A stretch of DNA of 64,000 bases from Acidobacteriota bacterium (GCA_004299485.1 SCQP01000016.1:213842-277841), one strand, 5' to 3'. Shown: positions 1 through 9,065, numbered from the stretch's first letter. A program made the numbers and translations. Notes: generated from the letters alone by a model not told the origin.

Positions 1-16
1 AGAGCCATAATCCAGA

Positions 17-931
17 TTACCCCTTGGCTTCCCAGAAGCGGTCGCTGAGATATTTGTCGCCGGCGTCGGGGAAAATCGTCACGATGAGCGCGCCCGGCGC
101 GGCGGTGCGCGCTACCGCCAGGGCGCCCACCAGCGCCGCGCCGCTGCTGATGCCGACGAGCAGGCCCTCCTCGCGCGCCAGCCGCCGCACCATCGCGTAG
201 GCAGCTTCGGTGCTCACCGCGCGGTCCTCATCGGCAAGCGCGGGATCATAAATGGGCGGCACAATCGCGGTGGCCATGTGCTTCAAGCCTTCGAGGCCAT
301 GAAAGGGCGAATCGGGCTGCAGCGAGATGCAACGGATGTCGCGTTGCAACTCCTTCAGCCGGCGCGCCGTGCCCATGAAGGTACCGCTGGTGCCGAGCGT
401 CGCGACGAAGTGGGTCACGCGTCCCTGCGTCTGCTTCCAGATTTCTTCGGCCGTACCGTAGTAGTGCGCCTGCCAGTTGTTGGGATTCGCATACTGATCG
501 GCGTAGTAATAGCGTTCCGGCTCGGCTGCAATCAGCGCGCGGGCGGCGCGGATGGCGCCGTCGGATCCCTCGCCCGGATCGGTCAGTTGCAGTTCGGCCC
601 CGTAGGCGGCGAGAATGCGCTTGCGCTCGGGGCTGGCGTTTTCCGGCAGGCACAGCCGCACACGATGGCCGCGCGCCGCGCCCAGCATGGCGTAGGCGAT
701 GCCGGTGTTGCCGCTGGTGGCATCGAGCAAGGTGCGCCCGGCGCGCAGTTCGCCCGCCTGCTCCGCCGCCTGCATAATGCGCCAGGCGGCGCGATCTTTC
801 ACACTGCCGCCTGGGTTGGCCCACTCCGCCTTGGCCACAATCTCGACCGCGGGCGCTTCGGCGCCGATCCGCGCGAACCCAAGCAGCGGCGTGTTGCCAA
901 TGCGCTCGACGATGCCCTGCCCCACGGCCAT
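17..931 (-). CDS. cysM: Cysteine synthase (PLP-dependent, CysK/CysM family)
   Basis: 304-aa ORF. N-terminus 'IGNTPLL' and PLP-lysine region 'NPGGSVKDRAA' are typical of O-acetylserine sulfhydrylases; 'TSGNTGIA' and 'GTSGT' loops are present. The symbol is a best guess between cysM and cysK. Confidence 0.85.
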   Translation of the reverse strand: MAVGQGIVERIGNTPLLGFARIGAEAPAVEIVAKAEWANPGGSVKDRAAWRIMQAAEQAGELRAGRTLLDATSGNTGIAYAMLGAARGHRVRLCLPENASPERKRILAAYGAELQLTDPGEGSDGAIRAARALIAAEPERYYYADQYANPNNWQAHYYGTAEEIWKQTQGRVTHFVATLGTSGTFMGTARRLKELQRDIRCISLQPDSPFHGLEGLKHMATAIVPPIYDPALADEDRAVSTEAAYAMVRRLAREEGLLVGISSGAALVGALAVARTAAPGALIVTIFPDAGDKYLSDRFWEAKG

Positions 932-988
932 GCCCCAAGTCTAGCAACCGGCCTCGGCGGCGCAGCGTGACCCCGGTCGCACTCGCCT

Positions 989-1465
989 CTAAGCCAGCGC
1001 GCGCTCAGCGGCCTCGAGCTGGCTGAGGTGGTTCAGATCGTGCCCGGCGCCGGTTTCGACATAAACCCGGAATGGCATGGTACCGCGCTCGGGATGGGTC
1101 AGCGGCTTTGCCCACTGTTCGGCGCTGAGGGAGCGCAGAAATAGGAGGTTCCACGCGCGCACCGCCGCAAACAGTGCCACCGCCTGGTCGCCGCTATAGA
1201 TCGAGTAGGATTGCGCCCAGCGGTTTTGATCCATGGGCTGGATCACATGGTGATCTTCGGAAACCGCCTGGCGATAGCGGAAGCCGAACACGATTTCCTC
1301 ATCGGCGAGGTGAGCCAAAATTTCCCGCGGGGTCCACTTGCCCGCGGCGGGGCTGTCGTCCAGACGTGGCTGCAGGGTGCGCGCCAGGGCGCGCAATTTT
1401 TCCGGCGTTGCCGCCAGTACCGCCATCGGATCAGCGTCGCCCAGATATACGTCGTAGGGATTCAT
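989..1465 (-). CDS. DinB-family (DinB_2-like) metal-dependent protein
   Basis: 158-aa ORF with spaced His residues ('ILAHLADEE', 'GAGHDLNHL'). Size and pattern are typical of the DinB superfamily four-helix bundle. Confidence 0.6.
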   Translation of the reverse strand: MNPYDVYLGDADPMAVLAATPEKLRALARTLQPRLDDSPAAGKWTPREILAHLADEEIVFGFRYRQAVSEDHHVIQPMDQNRWAQSYSIYSGDQAVALFAAVRAWNLLFLRSLSAEQWAKPLTHPERGTMPFRVYVETGAGHDLNHLSQLEAAERALA

Positions 1466-1525
1466 CTCTCAAGGCTACCGTAACGCGGCCGCCGGGCTGT
1501 TGCTGCGGGCTTATAATGAGACTCC

Positions 1526-1975
1526 ATGACGCGAGTGAAAAATACCCCGCCCACCCTGGCGGCCGCGCAGGAAAAGCTGGCCGCCATGGATTTTCAGTTG
1601 AGTTCCCTGCGTGATGGCAAGGTGCTGGCGCGGAAGAACGGCTGCGCCGCCATTCTCGGCGAGCAGCAGCGTGCGGTCGAAATCGCCGTCCGCCCCGGCC
1701 TGGTGGTGCGCGGGGAGCTCGCCCGGCTGGTAGACCGTGGCTATCAGAAGTTCTTCAAGACCGCCGATGCCGAAATTCCGGCGCTGCCGGAAACGATGAG
1801 CGCGCTGGCGCACTTCGAAGATGAGCTGCGCCTCGCCTGCGGCATCCCCTCGCTTTACAACGAGAGCCTGGGGTCGGTGAGCGACCGCTATCTCTACGAC
1901 CGCATCTGGTATCGCGACGAGGGCCGTCAGCCCAAGCCCTGGGAAGAAGACGCCGCGGCCGTTCTCCAGGCCTGA
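1526..1975 (+). CDS. Hypothetical protein
   Basis: 149-aa ORF with sensible composition. It fills the gap between flanking genes and sits directly upstream of the next gene. No motif recognised. Confidence 0.5.
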   Translation: MTRVKNTPPTLAAAQEKLAAMDFQLSSLRDGKVLARKNGCAAILGEQQRAVEIAVRPGLVVRGELARLVDRGYQKFFKTADAEIPALPETMSALAHFEDELRLACGIPSLYNESLGSVSDRYLYDRIWYRDEGRQPKPWEEDAAAVLQA

Positions 1976-1977
1976 GC

Positions 1978-2997
1978 GTGAGCGCGCCGACGGCCAAAAT
2001 CGTCATTGCCATGCACAGCGTGCGTGGCATCTGGCACTGGCCGGCGACGGCCACAGCGCAGTTGCAGCAGGAATTTCCGCAGGTCGCGTTTTGTACCTAC
2101 CCGCGCGCTGTCGAAGATCCGCTCACCGATACAACCGCGGCGGCCGAGGCGGAACTGTTCGCCGACGCGGATGCGGTCATCGCCTGGCGGCTCGATCCGC
2201 GCTTGTGGCGCGGCGCCAAGCGCCTGCGCTGGATTCACTGCCCCTCGTCGGCAGTGCATCAACTCCTTAGCCCTGAGCTGATCGCCAGTCCCATCGCGGT
2301 GACCAACGGCGCGAGTGTTCATGCCGCCATGGTGGCCGAGCATGGGGTGGCGCTGCTGCTGGCGCTGGCGCGGCGGCTGCCGGAGGCCATGCAGGATCAG
2401 GCCGCGGCGCGCTGGCAGCCGGAACGCTGGCTGGGCCGCATGCGGCGCGTTGCCGGCGCCACCGCCGTGATCGCCGGACTGGGCAACATCGGCCGCGAGT
2501 TGGCGCCGCGGCTGGCCGCGCTAGGCATGAAAGTGCTGGGCGTGCGCCACCATCCCGAGTTGCCGGTTGCCGGTTGTGCCGTGGTCTATGGCGATCAGCA
2601 ACTGGAGGAATTACTGCCGCGAGCGGATTATCTGGTGCTGGCGCTGCCCGCAACCGAGGCCACCGCCGCGCGCGTGGCGGCGCCGCAGTTGGCGCTGCTG
2701 CCGCCGCACGCATTCTTGCTCAATCTCGGCCGCGGGACGGCACTCGACGAAGGCGCCCTGCTGGCGGCGCTGCAGACCGGCCGCCTCGCCGGCGCCGCGC
2801 TCGACGTGTTTGGCCGCGAACCGCTGCCGCCGGACTCCCCGCTTTGGCATTGCCCGCGCCTGCTGATTTCGCCCCACGTAGCGGCTGCGGTGCCCGACAC
2901 CTGGGATCTGCAGGCCGCGCTGGTGGCGCGCCATCTGCGCAATTTCCTCACCGGCCAGCCGCTGTCACCATTGGTCGACAAGGCCCGCGGCTACTGA
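1978..2997 (+). CDS. D-isomer-specific 2-hydroxyacid dehydrogenase family protein
   Basis: NAD-binding 'GLGNIGRELAPRLAALGMKVLGV', then 'LVLALPAT' and 'LLNLGRGTALDEGALLAAL...GAALDVF...SPH', the catalytic R/E/H region pattern. The true start may lie downstream of the GTG given. Confidence 0.8.
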   Translation: MSAPTAKIVIAMHSVRGIWHWPATATAQLQQEFPQVAFCTYPRAVEDPLTDTTAAAEAELFADADAVIAWRLDPRLWRGAKRLRWIHCPSSAVHQLLSPELIASPIAVTNGASVHAAMVAEHGVALLLALARRLPEAMQDQAAARWQPERWLGRMRRVAGATAVIAGLGNIGRELAPRLAALGMKVLGVRHHPELPVAGCAVVYGDQQLEELLPRADYLVLALPATEATAARVAAPQLALLPPHAFLLNLGRGTALDEGALLAALQTGRLAGAALDVFGREPLPPDSPLWHCPRLLISPHVAAAVPDTWDLQAALVARHLRNFLTGQPLSPLVDKARGY

Positions 2998-3046
2998 GTT
3001 CCCGTGGCGGCTACGCCCGCCAATCTCTCCCGCAGGCGCGGCGCGC

Positions 3047-3081
3047 AACTGTAAACTGTAAGCTGTAAACTGTAAACTCAC
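3047..3081. repeat. Tandem heptamer array (AACTGTA x about 5; reverse complement CAGTTTA)
   Basis: aactgta aactgta agctgta aactgta aactcac. The array ends 4 nt before the argD ATG. Confidence 0.9.
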
Positions 3082-3085
3082 TCCC

Positions 3086-4306
3086 ATGGACACTGCGCCT
3101 TCCACCACCACGGCCCTGAAGCGCATTCAGGATCTTGAAGCCCAATATCTGTTTTCCACCTACACCCGCGTGCCGCTGCTGCTGGAGCGCGGCAAGGGCG
3201 TGTTCGTGTACGACAGCACCGGCAAGAAGTATCTCGACTTCATTACCGGCATCGGCGTGAACGCCCTGGGCTACGCGCATCCGCGCCTGCTGGCGGTGAT
3301 CAAGGAACAGAGCAAGCTGCTGATTCACAGCTCGAACATGTATTACAACGCCTACCAGGGGCCGCTGGCGGAGAAGCTGACCAAAGCCAGCCGCATGGAG
3401 CGGGCGTTTTTCACCGTAAGCGGCGCCGAAGCCGCTGAATGCGCGCTCAAGGTGGCGCGCGCGGTGGCGCAGAAAATTTCGCCGGACAAGTATGAGCTGG
3501 TCGCCGTCGATCACTCTTTCCACGGCCGCACCATGGGCGCGCTTTCCGTGACTGGCCAGACCGAATATCGCACCCCCTTCGGGCCGCTGCTCCCGAAAGT
3601 GCACTTCGTGCCTGCCAACGATGTGGCCGCGCTCACGGCGGCCGTAAACGCCAATACCTGCGCCATCATTCTTGAACCGGTGCAGGGCGAAGGCGGCATC
3701 CACGTGCTGGAGACCTCCTTCCTGCGCGCCGCGGCCGATCTGGCGCGACAGCATCAGGCCAGCCTGATCTTTGATGAGATCCAGTGCGGCATGGGCCGCA
3801 CCGGCAAGCTCTTCGCGCACCAGTGGACCGATCTCGTTCCGGATATCCTGATCACCGCCAAGCCCATTGCCAGCGGCTATCCGCTGGGCGCCTGCATGGC
3901 GCGCGGCGCGGCGGCGACGGCGCTGACTTCCCACAGCCACGGAACGACATTCGGCGGTGGGCCGCTTGCATGCCGCCTGGGCATCGAGGTGCTCGATATT
4001 CTCGATCGCGAAGAGATGTACGCCCACATCCGCGCCATGGGTGAGCGTCTGAAGCAGGGCCTGGAAGTTCTGGCGAAGAAGCACAAATTTGTGAAGGAAG
4101 TGCGCGGCAAAGGCCTGATGCTGGGCATGGAGTTCGACCGTCCCGCCAAGCCGGTGTTTGACAGCATGGTCGAGCAGGGCCTGCTCGCCAACGTCACCCA
4201 CACCTACACCATCCGCATGCTGCCGCCCTACATTCTCGAAGAGCAGCACGTCGACAAAGCCCTGCGCATCGTCGGCAAGGCGCTTCGCGCAGCGAAAAAG
4301 GCATAG
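3086..4306 (+). CDS. argD: Acetylornithine aminotransferase (class III aminotransferase)
   Basis: 406 aa. 'LIFDEIQCGMGRTGKLFA' and 'SHGTTFGG' are class III PLP aminotransferase motifs, and the N-terminus resembles ArgD. Confidence 0.85.
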   Translation: MDTAPSTTTALKRIQDLEAQYLFSTYTRVPLLLERGKGVFVYDSTGKKYLDFITGIGVNALGYAHPRLLAVIKEQSKLLIHSSNMYYNAYQGPLAEKLTKASRMERAFFTVSGAEAAECALKVARAVAQKISPDKYELVAVDHSFHGRTMGALSVTGQTEYRTPFGPLLPKVHFVPANDVAALTAAVNANTCAIILEPVQGEGGIHVLETSFLRAAADLARQHQASLIFDEIQCGMGRTGKLFAHQWTDLVPDILITAKPIASGYPLGACMARGAAATALTSHSHGTTFGGGPLACRLGIEVLDILDREEMYAHIRAMGERLKQGLEVLAKKHKFVKEVRGKGLMLGMEFDRPAKPVFDSMVEQGLLANVTHTYTIRMLPPYILEEQHVDKALRIVGKALRAAKKA

Positions 4307-4333
4307 TTAGGTGTTCGCCCGCGGTCGAAAGAT

Positions 4334-5425
4334 TCAATCGACGTAGATCCGCTCGACGCGGGCGGAAATGCCGCACAGGATTTCGTAGGGGATGGTATGC
4401 GCCAGTTGCGCCAGCCCGGCCGCATCGGGAGCGCCGGCGCCCAGCAGCGTGGCCGTATCACCGAGGGCGAGCTGCGGCGCCGCCGAGGCATCGACCGTGG
4501 TCAGATCCATGCTCACCGCGCCGACCACGGGCGCAGGCGCGCCGCCCAGAGCGACCTGGGCGCCGGGGAAAAACTCGCGGCGGTAGCCATCGGCGTAGCC
4601 CGCAGCGAGCGTGGCCACGCGCATGGTGTGTGGCGTATGAAAGCGGGCGCCGTAGCCGATGCCGTGGCCTGCGGGCAATTCCTTTACCCCCACCACGCGC
4701 GTCTTCCAGGTCAGCGCCGGCTGCAGGCGCTGAGCGTGCTCCGGCTGTGCACTGTAACCGTACAGCGCCAGGCCCACGCGCGCCATCGCGCCGCCCCACT
4801 GTGGAAACCGCAGCGCGGCCTCGCTATTGAGCAGGTGCCAGGCGGGCGAGGTAGCGGTGAAGTGGTGCGCGGCCGCCTCGGCCAGCAAGCGCTCGTGCTG
4901 CTGCTCGCTCGGATGGCCGTCAGGCGAATCGGCGCTGGCGAGATGCGAAAAGACGGCCTCGACCTGCACGCCCGGCGCAGCGTGCAAGGCGGCAGCGACT
5001 TCGGCTTCCTGCGCTGCGGTGACTCCGAGCCTCCCCATGCCCGTCTCCAGCTTCAGATGAATGCCTGCGCGGTGGCCATTCATCGCGGCACCCAGCCAGC
5101 GGACCTGAGCGGCGTCCCAAACGGCCGGCGTCAGGTGATGCTGCAACAGATCGGCCGCGTCCTCGGCTTCAAAGCCTCCGAGCACCAGAATGCGCGGCTG
5201 CAAGCCGGCGTGGCGGAGCTTGACGCCTTCCTCGACCGAGGTGACCGCCAGCCATTCCACGCCTGCGGCGGCAAACACCTCGGCGCAAGCGACCGCGCCG
5301 TGGCCGTAGGCGTCGGCCTTCACCACCGCGCAGATGGCGGTTGCGGGCGGCAAGAGCTGGCGGACGTAGGCGAGGTTGCGGCGCAGGGCGCCGCGGGAGA
5401 TTTCCACCCAATTACGCGATTTCAT
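4334..5425 (-). CDS. alr: Alanine racemase
   Basis: 'AVVKADAYGHG' PLP-lysine motif, with the body starting 'MKSRNWVEISRGALRRNL'. The track ORF extends to 5773; I chose the internal ATG at 5425 that precedes the conserved N-terminus. Confidence 0.85.
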   Translation of the reverse strand: MKSRNWVEISRGALRRNLAYVRQLLPPATAICAVVKADAYGHGAVACAEVFAAAGVEWLAVTSVEEGVKLRHAGLQPRILVLGGFEAEDAADLLQHHLTPAVWDAAQVRWLGAAMNGHRAGIHLKLETGMGRLGVTAAQEAEVAAALHAAPGVQVEAVFSHLASADSPDGHPSEQQHERLLAEAAAHHFTATSPAWHLLNSEAALRFPQWGGAMARVGLALYGYSAQPEHAQRLQPALTWKTRVVGVKELPAGHGIGYGARFHTPHTMRVATLAAGYADGYRREFFPGAQVALGGAPAPVVGAVSMDLTTVDASAAPQLALGDTATLLGAGAPDAAGLAQLAHTIPYEILCGISARVERIYVD

Positions 5426-5494
5426 GCGTGGAACGCGGAGAGCTTCCTTCACTTTACCAGAGCTGCCGGCATGGTATGGTGATAGCTTGCCGCT

Positions 5495-5848
5495 ATGTAC
5501 GAGGACTTTACTGCTACCGATCCGCTGACCCACGAGAGCGTGCACTGCGAGTTTCAGTGCCTGATGGTGGGCATTGCCACGCGCCACTCCGACACCGTCG
5601 ATCTCAAGTTTCTGGTCAACGGCGAAGGCGTCTGGCTGGGCCTGCCCCACCCCGCCTGGGTCGAATTCAAGCGCCGCACGGGCGTGCCGCTCAGCGACCG
5701 GATGGCGGTGGATTTGGGCGGCTGCTACCTGAAGCAGGCGATCGAGAGCGGCGTGGGCGCCGAGCGCAATCACTGGAACGATATCAGCGTGGATGATGTC
5801 CTGAAGCTGGCCGCCAGCCTGAACTGGCTCCCCGCGTTGGGGAATTGA
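5495..5848 (+). CDS. Hypothetical protein
   Basis: 117-aa ORF whose stop overlaps the accC start region, suggesting an operon. No motif recognised. Confidence 0.45.
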   Translation: MYEDFTATDPLTHESVHCEFQCLMVGIATRHSDTVDLKFLVNGEGVWLGLPHPAWVEFKRRTGVPLSDRMAVDLGGCYLKQAIESGVGAERNHWNDISVDDVLKLAASLNWLPALGN

Positions 5849-7359
5849 TGTTCCGAAAAGTTCTCATCGCCAACCGGGGTGAGATCGCTGTCCGCCTGAT
5901 CCGGGCCTGCCGTGACCTGGGCATCACCAGCGCTGCCGTGTATTCCGATGTCGACCGCTGCGGGCTGCACGTGCTCGAGGCCGATGAAGCCTACCGGCTG
6001 GGGGAAGCGCCAGCGCATGAGAGCTACCTCAACGTCGAGCGCGTACTCGATGCCGCCCGCCGCTGCGGGGCCGAAGCGATTCACCCCGGCTATGGCTTCC
6101 TGTCCGAGAATGCTGAATTTGCGGCCGCGTGCCGTGATGCCGGACTGAAATTCATTGGCCCGGCGCCCGAGGCGATGGCGGCGCTGGGCAGCAAGACGGC
6201 GGCGCGCAAGCTGGCCAAGGATCACAACATCCCGATTTTGCCGGGCACCGTGGATGCGGTCACGTCGGTCGCAGAGGCACAGCGCGTGGCGGCGCAAATC
6301 GGCTTCCCGGTGATGCTGAAAGCCGCCGCGGGCGGCGGCGGCAAGGGCATGCGTCTGGTGACCCGGGCCGAAGACTTGCCGTCGGCCTACGCGCTGGCCG
6401 GCGCGGAAGCGGGCGCCGCGTTTGGCGATGCCGCCGTCTTTTTGGAACGTGCCGTGTTGGCGCCGCGCCACATCGAAATCCAGATTCTGGGCGATGAGCA
6501 CGGCGCCATGCTTTGGCTGGGCGAGCGCGAGTGCAGTATCCAGCGCCGCCATCAGAAAATCATCGAGGAGAGCCCCTCGCCGCACCTGAGCGAGAAGACC
6601 CGCCGGGCCATGGGCGCCTGCGCCTGCGCCATTGCCAACGCCGCCGGCTACACCAACGCGGGCACGGTCGAGTTTCTGGTGGATGAGCACGAGGGCTTCT
6701 ATTTTCTCGAGGTCAATACGCGGCTGCAGGTTGAACATCCGGTCACAGAATGGTGCACGGGCCTCGACCTGGCCACCTGGCAGATCCGCATCGCCGCGGG
6801 CGAGCCGCTTTCGTTCGGTCAGGACGACATCGTGCGCCGTGGCCACGCCATCGAGTGCCGCATCTACGCCGAAGACCCGGAGCAAAACTTCATGCCCAGC
6901 CCGGGCACGATCCTGCGACTGCGGCCGCCCTCGGGTCCGGGCGTGCGCGAGGACACGGGCGTGTACGAGGGCTGGACGGTGCCGCTCGAATACGATCCGC
7001 TGCTGTCGAAGCTGATTGTCTGGGGCGAAGATCGCCCGCAGGCGCTGGCGCGGATGCGCCGCGCGCTACGCGAATATCAGCTTGCCGGCCTGCGGAACAA
7101 CCTCGAATTTTTCCGGCGCGTGTTCGCCGATGCGGACTTTGAGGCGGGCCGCACCGACACCGGCTTCGTCGCACGCCTGCAGGCCAAGCCCGCCTTGCCC
7201 GCTCCCGATGCTGATGCCTGGTTCGAGGCGGCCAGCGCCTCTGCCGCCGTTGCCGCCACGCTGAGCCTGGGCGACCGGCCGACGGACCGGCAGATCGACG
7301 GACCGAGCAACTGGCAGCGCGCCGCGCGTCTCGCCGTGCTCGGCGGAGGCCGGCCATGA
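5848..7359 (+). CDS. accC: Biotin carboxylase (acetyl/acyl-CoA carboxylase subunit)
   Basis: 'MFRKVLIANRGEIA' N-terminus, ATP-grasp 'AAAGGGGKGMRLV', 'EVNTRLQVEHPVTE'. The track start at 5845 is TTG; the ATG at 5848 is more likely. Confidence 0.9.
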   Translation: MFRKVLIANRGEIAVRLIRACRDLGITSAAVYSDVDRCGLHVLEADEAYRLGEAPAHESYLNVERVLDAARRCGAEAIHPGYGFLSENAEFAAACRDAGLKFIGPAPEAMAALGSKTAARKLAKDHNIPILPGTVDAVTSVAEAQRVAAQIGFPVMLKAAAGGGGKGMRLVTRAEDLPSAYALAGAEAGAAFGDAAVFLERAVLAPRHIEIQILGDEHGAMLWLGERECSIQRRHQKIIEESPSPHLSEKTRRAMGACACAIANAAGYTNAGTVEFLVDEHEGFYFLEVNTRLQVEHPVTEWCTGLDLATWQIRIAAGEPLSFGQDDIVRRGHAIECRIYAEDPEQNFMPSPGTILRLRPPSGPGVREDTGVYEGWTVPLEYDPLLSKLIVWGEDRPQALARMRRALREYQLAGLRNNLEFFRRVFADADFEAGRTDTGFVARLQAKPALPAPDADAWFEAASASAAVAATLSLGDRPTDRQIDGPSNWQRAARLAVLGGGRP

Positions 7360-7850
7360 CGTTCGAGATCGAAATTGCCGGGCAATCGCGGAGGCTGGAA
7401 ATCGCCCGGCGCAATGGCGGCTGGCGCGTGAGCGCTGACGGCGAGGAATTGGCGGTCGAAATCGCGCAGCCGAATGCGGCCACGCTTTCGCTGCTGCTCG
7501 CGGGCCGCAGCTACACGTTCGCCTGGGCGCGCGGCGCCGAGGGCGCGATCTGGATTTCGGGCGCCGGCCGTGGCGCGGCGGCCGCGGTGCGCGATCCGCG
7601 TCAGGCGCTGGCACGCCACCATTTCGAACAATCCGGCCGCGCTCGCCTGACGGCGCCGATGGCGGGCAAAGTCGTGCGGGTGATGGTCGAAGCTGGAGTC
7701 CATGTGGAGAGCGGCCAGGAATTGCTGGTGCTGGAGGCAATGAAGATGCAGAACGAGGTGCGCTCGCCCAAGAGCGGTACGCTGGTGGTTCTTGCGGTAA
7801 CCTCGGGGGAAACGGTCGCTACCGGGCAAGTTCTCGCCGAGGTCGAGTAA
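7356..7850 (+). CDS. Biotin/lipoyl attachment domain protein (BCCP-like)
   Basis: C-terminal 'LEAMKMQNEV' biotinyl-lysine motif. ATGA overlap with accC. Confidence 0.8.
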   Translation: MTFEIEIAGQSRRLEIARRNGGWRVSADGEELAVEIAQPNAATLSLLLAGRSYTFAWARGAEGAIWISGAGRGAAAAVRDPRQALARHHFEQSGRARLTAPMAGKVVRVMVEAGVHVESGQELLVLEAMKMQNEVRSPKSGTLVVLAVTSGETVATGQVLAEVE

Positions 7851-7853
7851 CGA

Positions 7854-8201
7854 ATGCGGGCTGCCGACGGACAAGTCTTCGCGATCACCGGCCTCTGCCG
7901 GCAATCCGATTTTCGCGTGCCGCTTGGGGACTGGAGTTTGGTCCACCTGGGAACCGCCGAGATCGGAGGCGGCGAGGAACCGTACCTGCTGGTGCGCCGA
8001 AGGATGGATAACGGAACCAGTACGGTGGTTTGCCGCATCGATTGGGAGGGCGTGTTTACGGTGCTGGCCGACGACGATACCGCTGCGGAGGCGCTGTTTC
8101 ACGATCTGGTCGATCCGGCGGCGCCGGAAGAAGTCCAGCGCCAGTGGACGGCTGAGGCGGACACGCTCGAGCAATATCGCGGCTGGCGGCAACAAGCATG
8201 A
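7854..8201 (+). CDS. Hypothetical protein
   Basis: 115-aa ORF. Its stop overlaps the start of the next gene (ATGA). Confidence 0.45.
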   Translation: MRAADGQVFAITGLCRQSDFRVPLGDWSLVHLGTAEIGGGEEPYLLVRRRMDNGTSTVVCRIDWEGVFTVLADDDTAAEALFHDLVDPAAPEEVQRQWTAEADTLEQYRGWRQQA

Positions 8202-8953
8202 GCGACTGCTACTTCGAGTTCTGCAACGTCTACAAAAGCTTTGGCTCGAATACGGTCTTGCGGGACGTGAGCTTCGAGGTGTGCCGCGGCGAAACCGTCT
8301 GCATTCTCGGGCGTAGTGGCGTCGGCAAGTCGGTCATGCTGAAGCTGATCATGGGCTTTCTCACGCCCGATAGCGGCCGGATACTGGTGGACGGGCAGTC
8401 GGTTCCGGATATGACCGAGGCCGAACGGAATGCCATGCACAAGAAGGTAACGCTGGTGTTCCAGTCCGGCGCTTTGTTCGATTCGCTCACGGTGGCCGAA
8501 AACGTCGCCTTTCCACTGCGCGAGCGGGGCATGCACGACGAAGAAGAGATCGCGCAGGTGGTGGACGGCCTGCTGGACATGGTCGAGCTGCGCGCCGAGC
8601 GGGAAGACTACCCGGCGAGCCTGTCGACCGGGATGAAGCGCGCCGTGGCCATCGCGCGGGCGCTGGCCGCCAAACCCCAGGCCATCCTCTACGATGAGCC
8701 CACGACCATGGTGGACCCGATCATGGTGCAGAAGATCGCCGCCCTGATCGTGCGCGTGAAACAACAGGTCAAGTTGACGAGCATAGTTGTTACGCACGAC
8801 ACCCGCCTGGCCCGGCGCCTGGCCGATCGCCTGGTGCTGTTGCACGAGGGCGAAGTCCGCTTTTTCGGCACCGTGGCGGAGATGGATGCCACCGCCGATC
8901 CGGTCGTCCGCGAATTCCTGCGGCAGGACGAGTGGGCGCTCAAGGCGGGCTGA
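8198..8953 (+). CDS. ABC transporter ATP-binding protein (MlaF/Ttg2A-like)
   Basis: Walker A 'GRSGVGKS', signature variant 'LSTGMKRAVAIARAL', Walker B 'ILYDEPT', and the Mla-type 'MVDPIM' region. Confidence 0.8.
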   Translation: MSDCYFEFCNVYKSFGSNTVLRDVSFEVCRGETVCILGRSGVGKSVMLKLIMGFLTPDSGRILVDGQSVPDMTEAERNAMHKKVTLVFQSGALFDSLTVAENVAFPLRERGMHDEEEIAQVVDGLLDMVELRAEREDYPASLSTGMKRAVAIARALAAKPQAILYDEPTTMVDPIMVQKIAALIVRVKQQVKLTSIVVTHDTRLARRLADRLVLLHEGEVRFFGTVAEMDATADPVVREFLRQDEWALKAG

Positions 8954-8954
8954 G

Positions 8955-9065
8955 GTGGCTCGCCACTTTTTGCCCCGGTCGCTCCCGTTGGTCGCTCGGA
9001 GTGCGGGCTTCGATTCCCGGCAGAGTCCGCCCGCTGGCGCTCGGGGCTCCTCCAAGCTGCCGCCA
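8955..9065 (+). repeat. 111-bp interspersed repeat, copy 1
   Basis: Begins gtggctcgccactttttg and ends ctccaagctgccgcca. It starts 1 nt after the stop of the ABC ATPase gene. Near-identical copies lie at 29961-30071 and 34374-34484. Confidence 0.95.

Noticed and set aside
3011-4249. Long antisense or overlapping ORFs throughout the track, e.g. 3011-4249(-), 5770-6885(-), 22268-23068(-), 35108-37165(-), 39497-41233(+), 43473-44804(-), 52267-53346(-), 62574-63758(-).
   Set aside because: Each lies opposite, or out of frame with, a gene carrying strong family motifs. Their translations are Arg/Ala/Gly/Pro-rich low-complexity sequence, typical of shadow ORFs in high-GC DNA.
4334-5773. N-terminal extensions of track ORFs (alr to 5773, rluB to 31155, purB to 61957, thrC from 55573, rlmD-like from 25119, purN from 49554, ABC ATPase from 17200, membrane protein from 16067).
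   Set aside because: The extensions overlap neighbouring genes and lack family similarity. Internal ATG/GTG starts coincide with conserved N-termini and often with ATGA/GTGA coupling to the upstream stop.
8955-9065. tRNA-like T-arm (gcgggcttcgattcccggc resembles GGTTCGAATCC) inside the 111-bp repeat, suggesting a tRNA gene or a tRNA-derived SINE.
   Set aside because: The candidate stem is only 4 bp with an 8-nt loop and is disrupted in copy 3. I could not fold an acceptor, D or anticodon arm, so no tRNA call is supported.
8955-9065. MITE interpretation of the 111-bp repeat.
   Set aside because: The terminal inverted match is only 4 bp (TGGC/GCCA). No target-site duplication is visible at any of the three copies, and no transposase is nearby. 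I kept it as an unclassified interspersed repeat.
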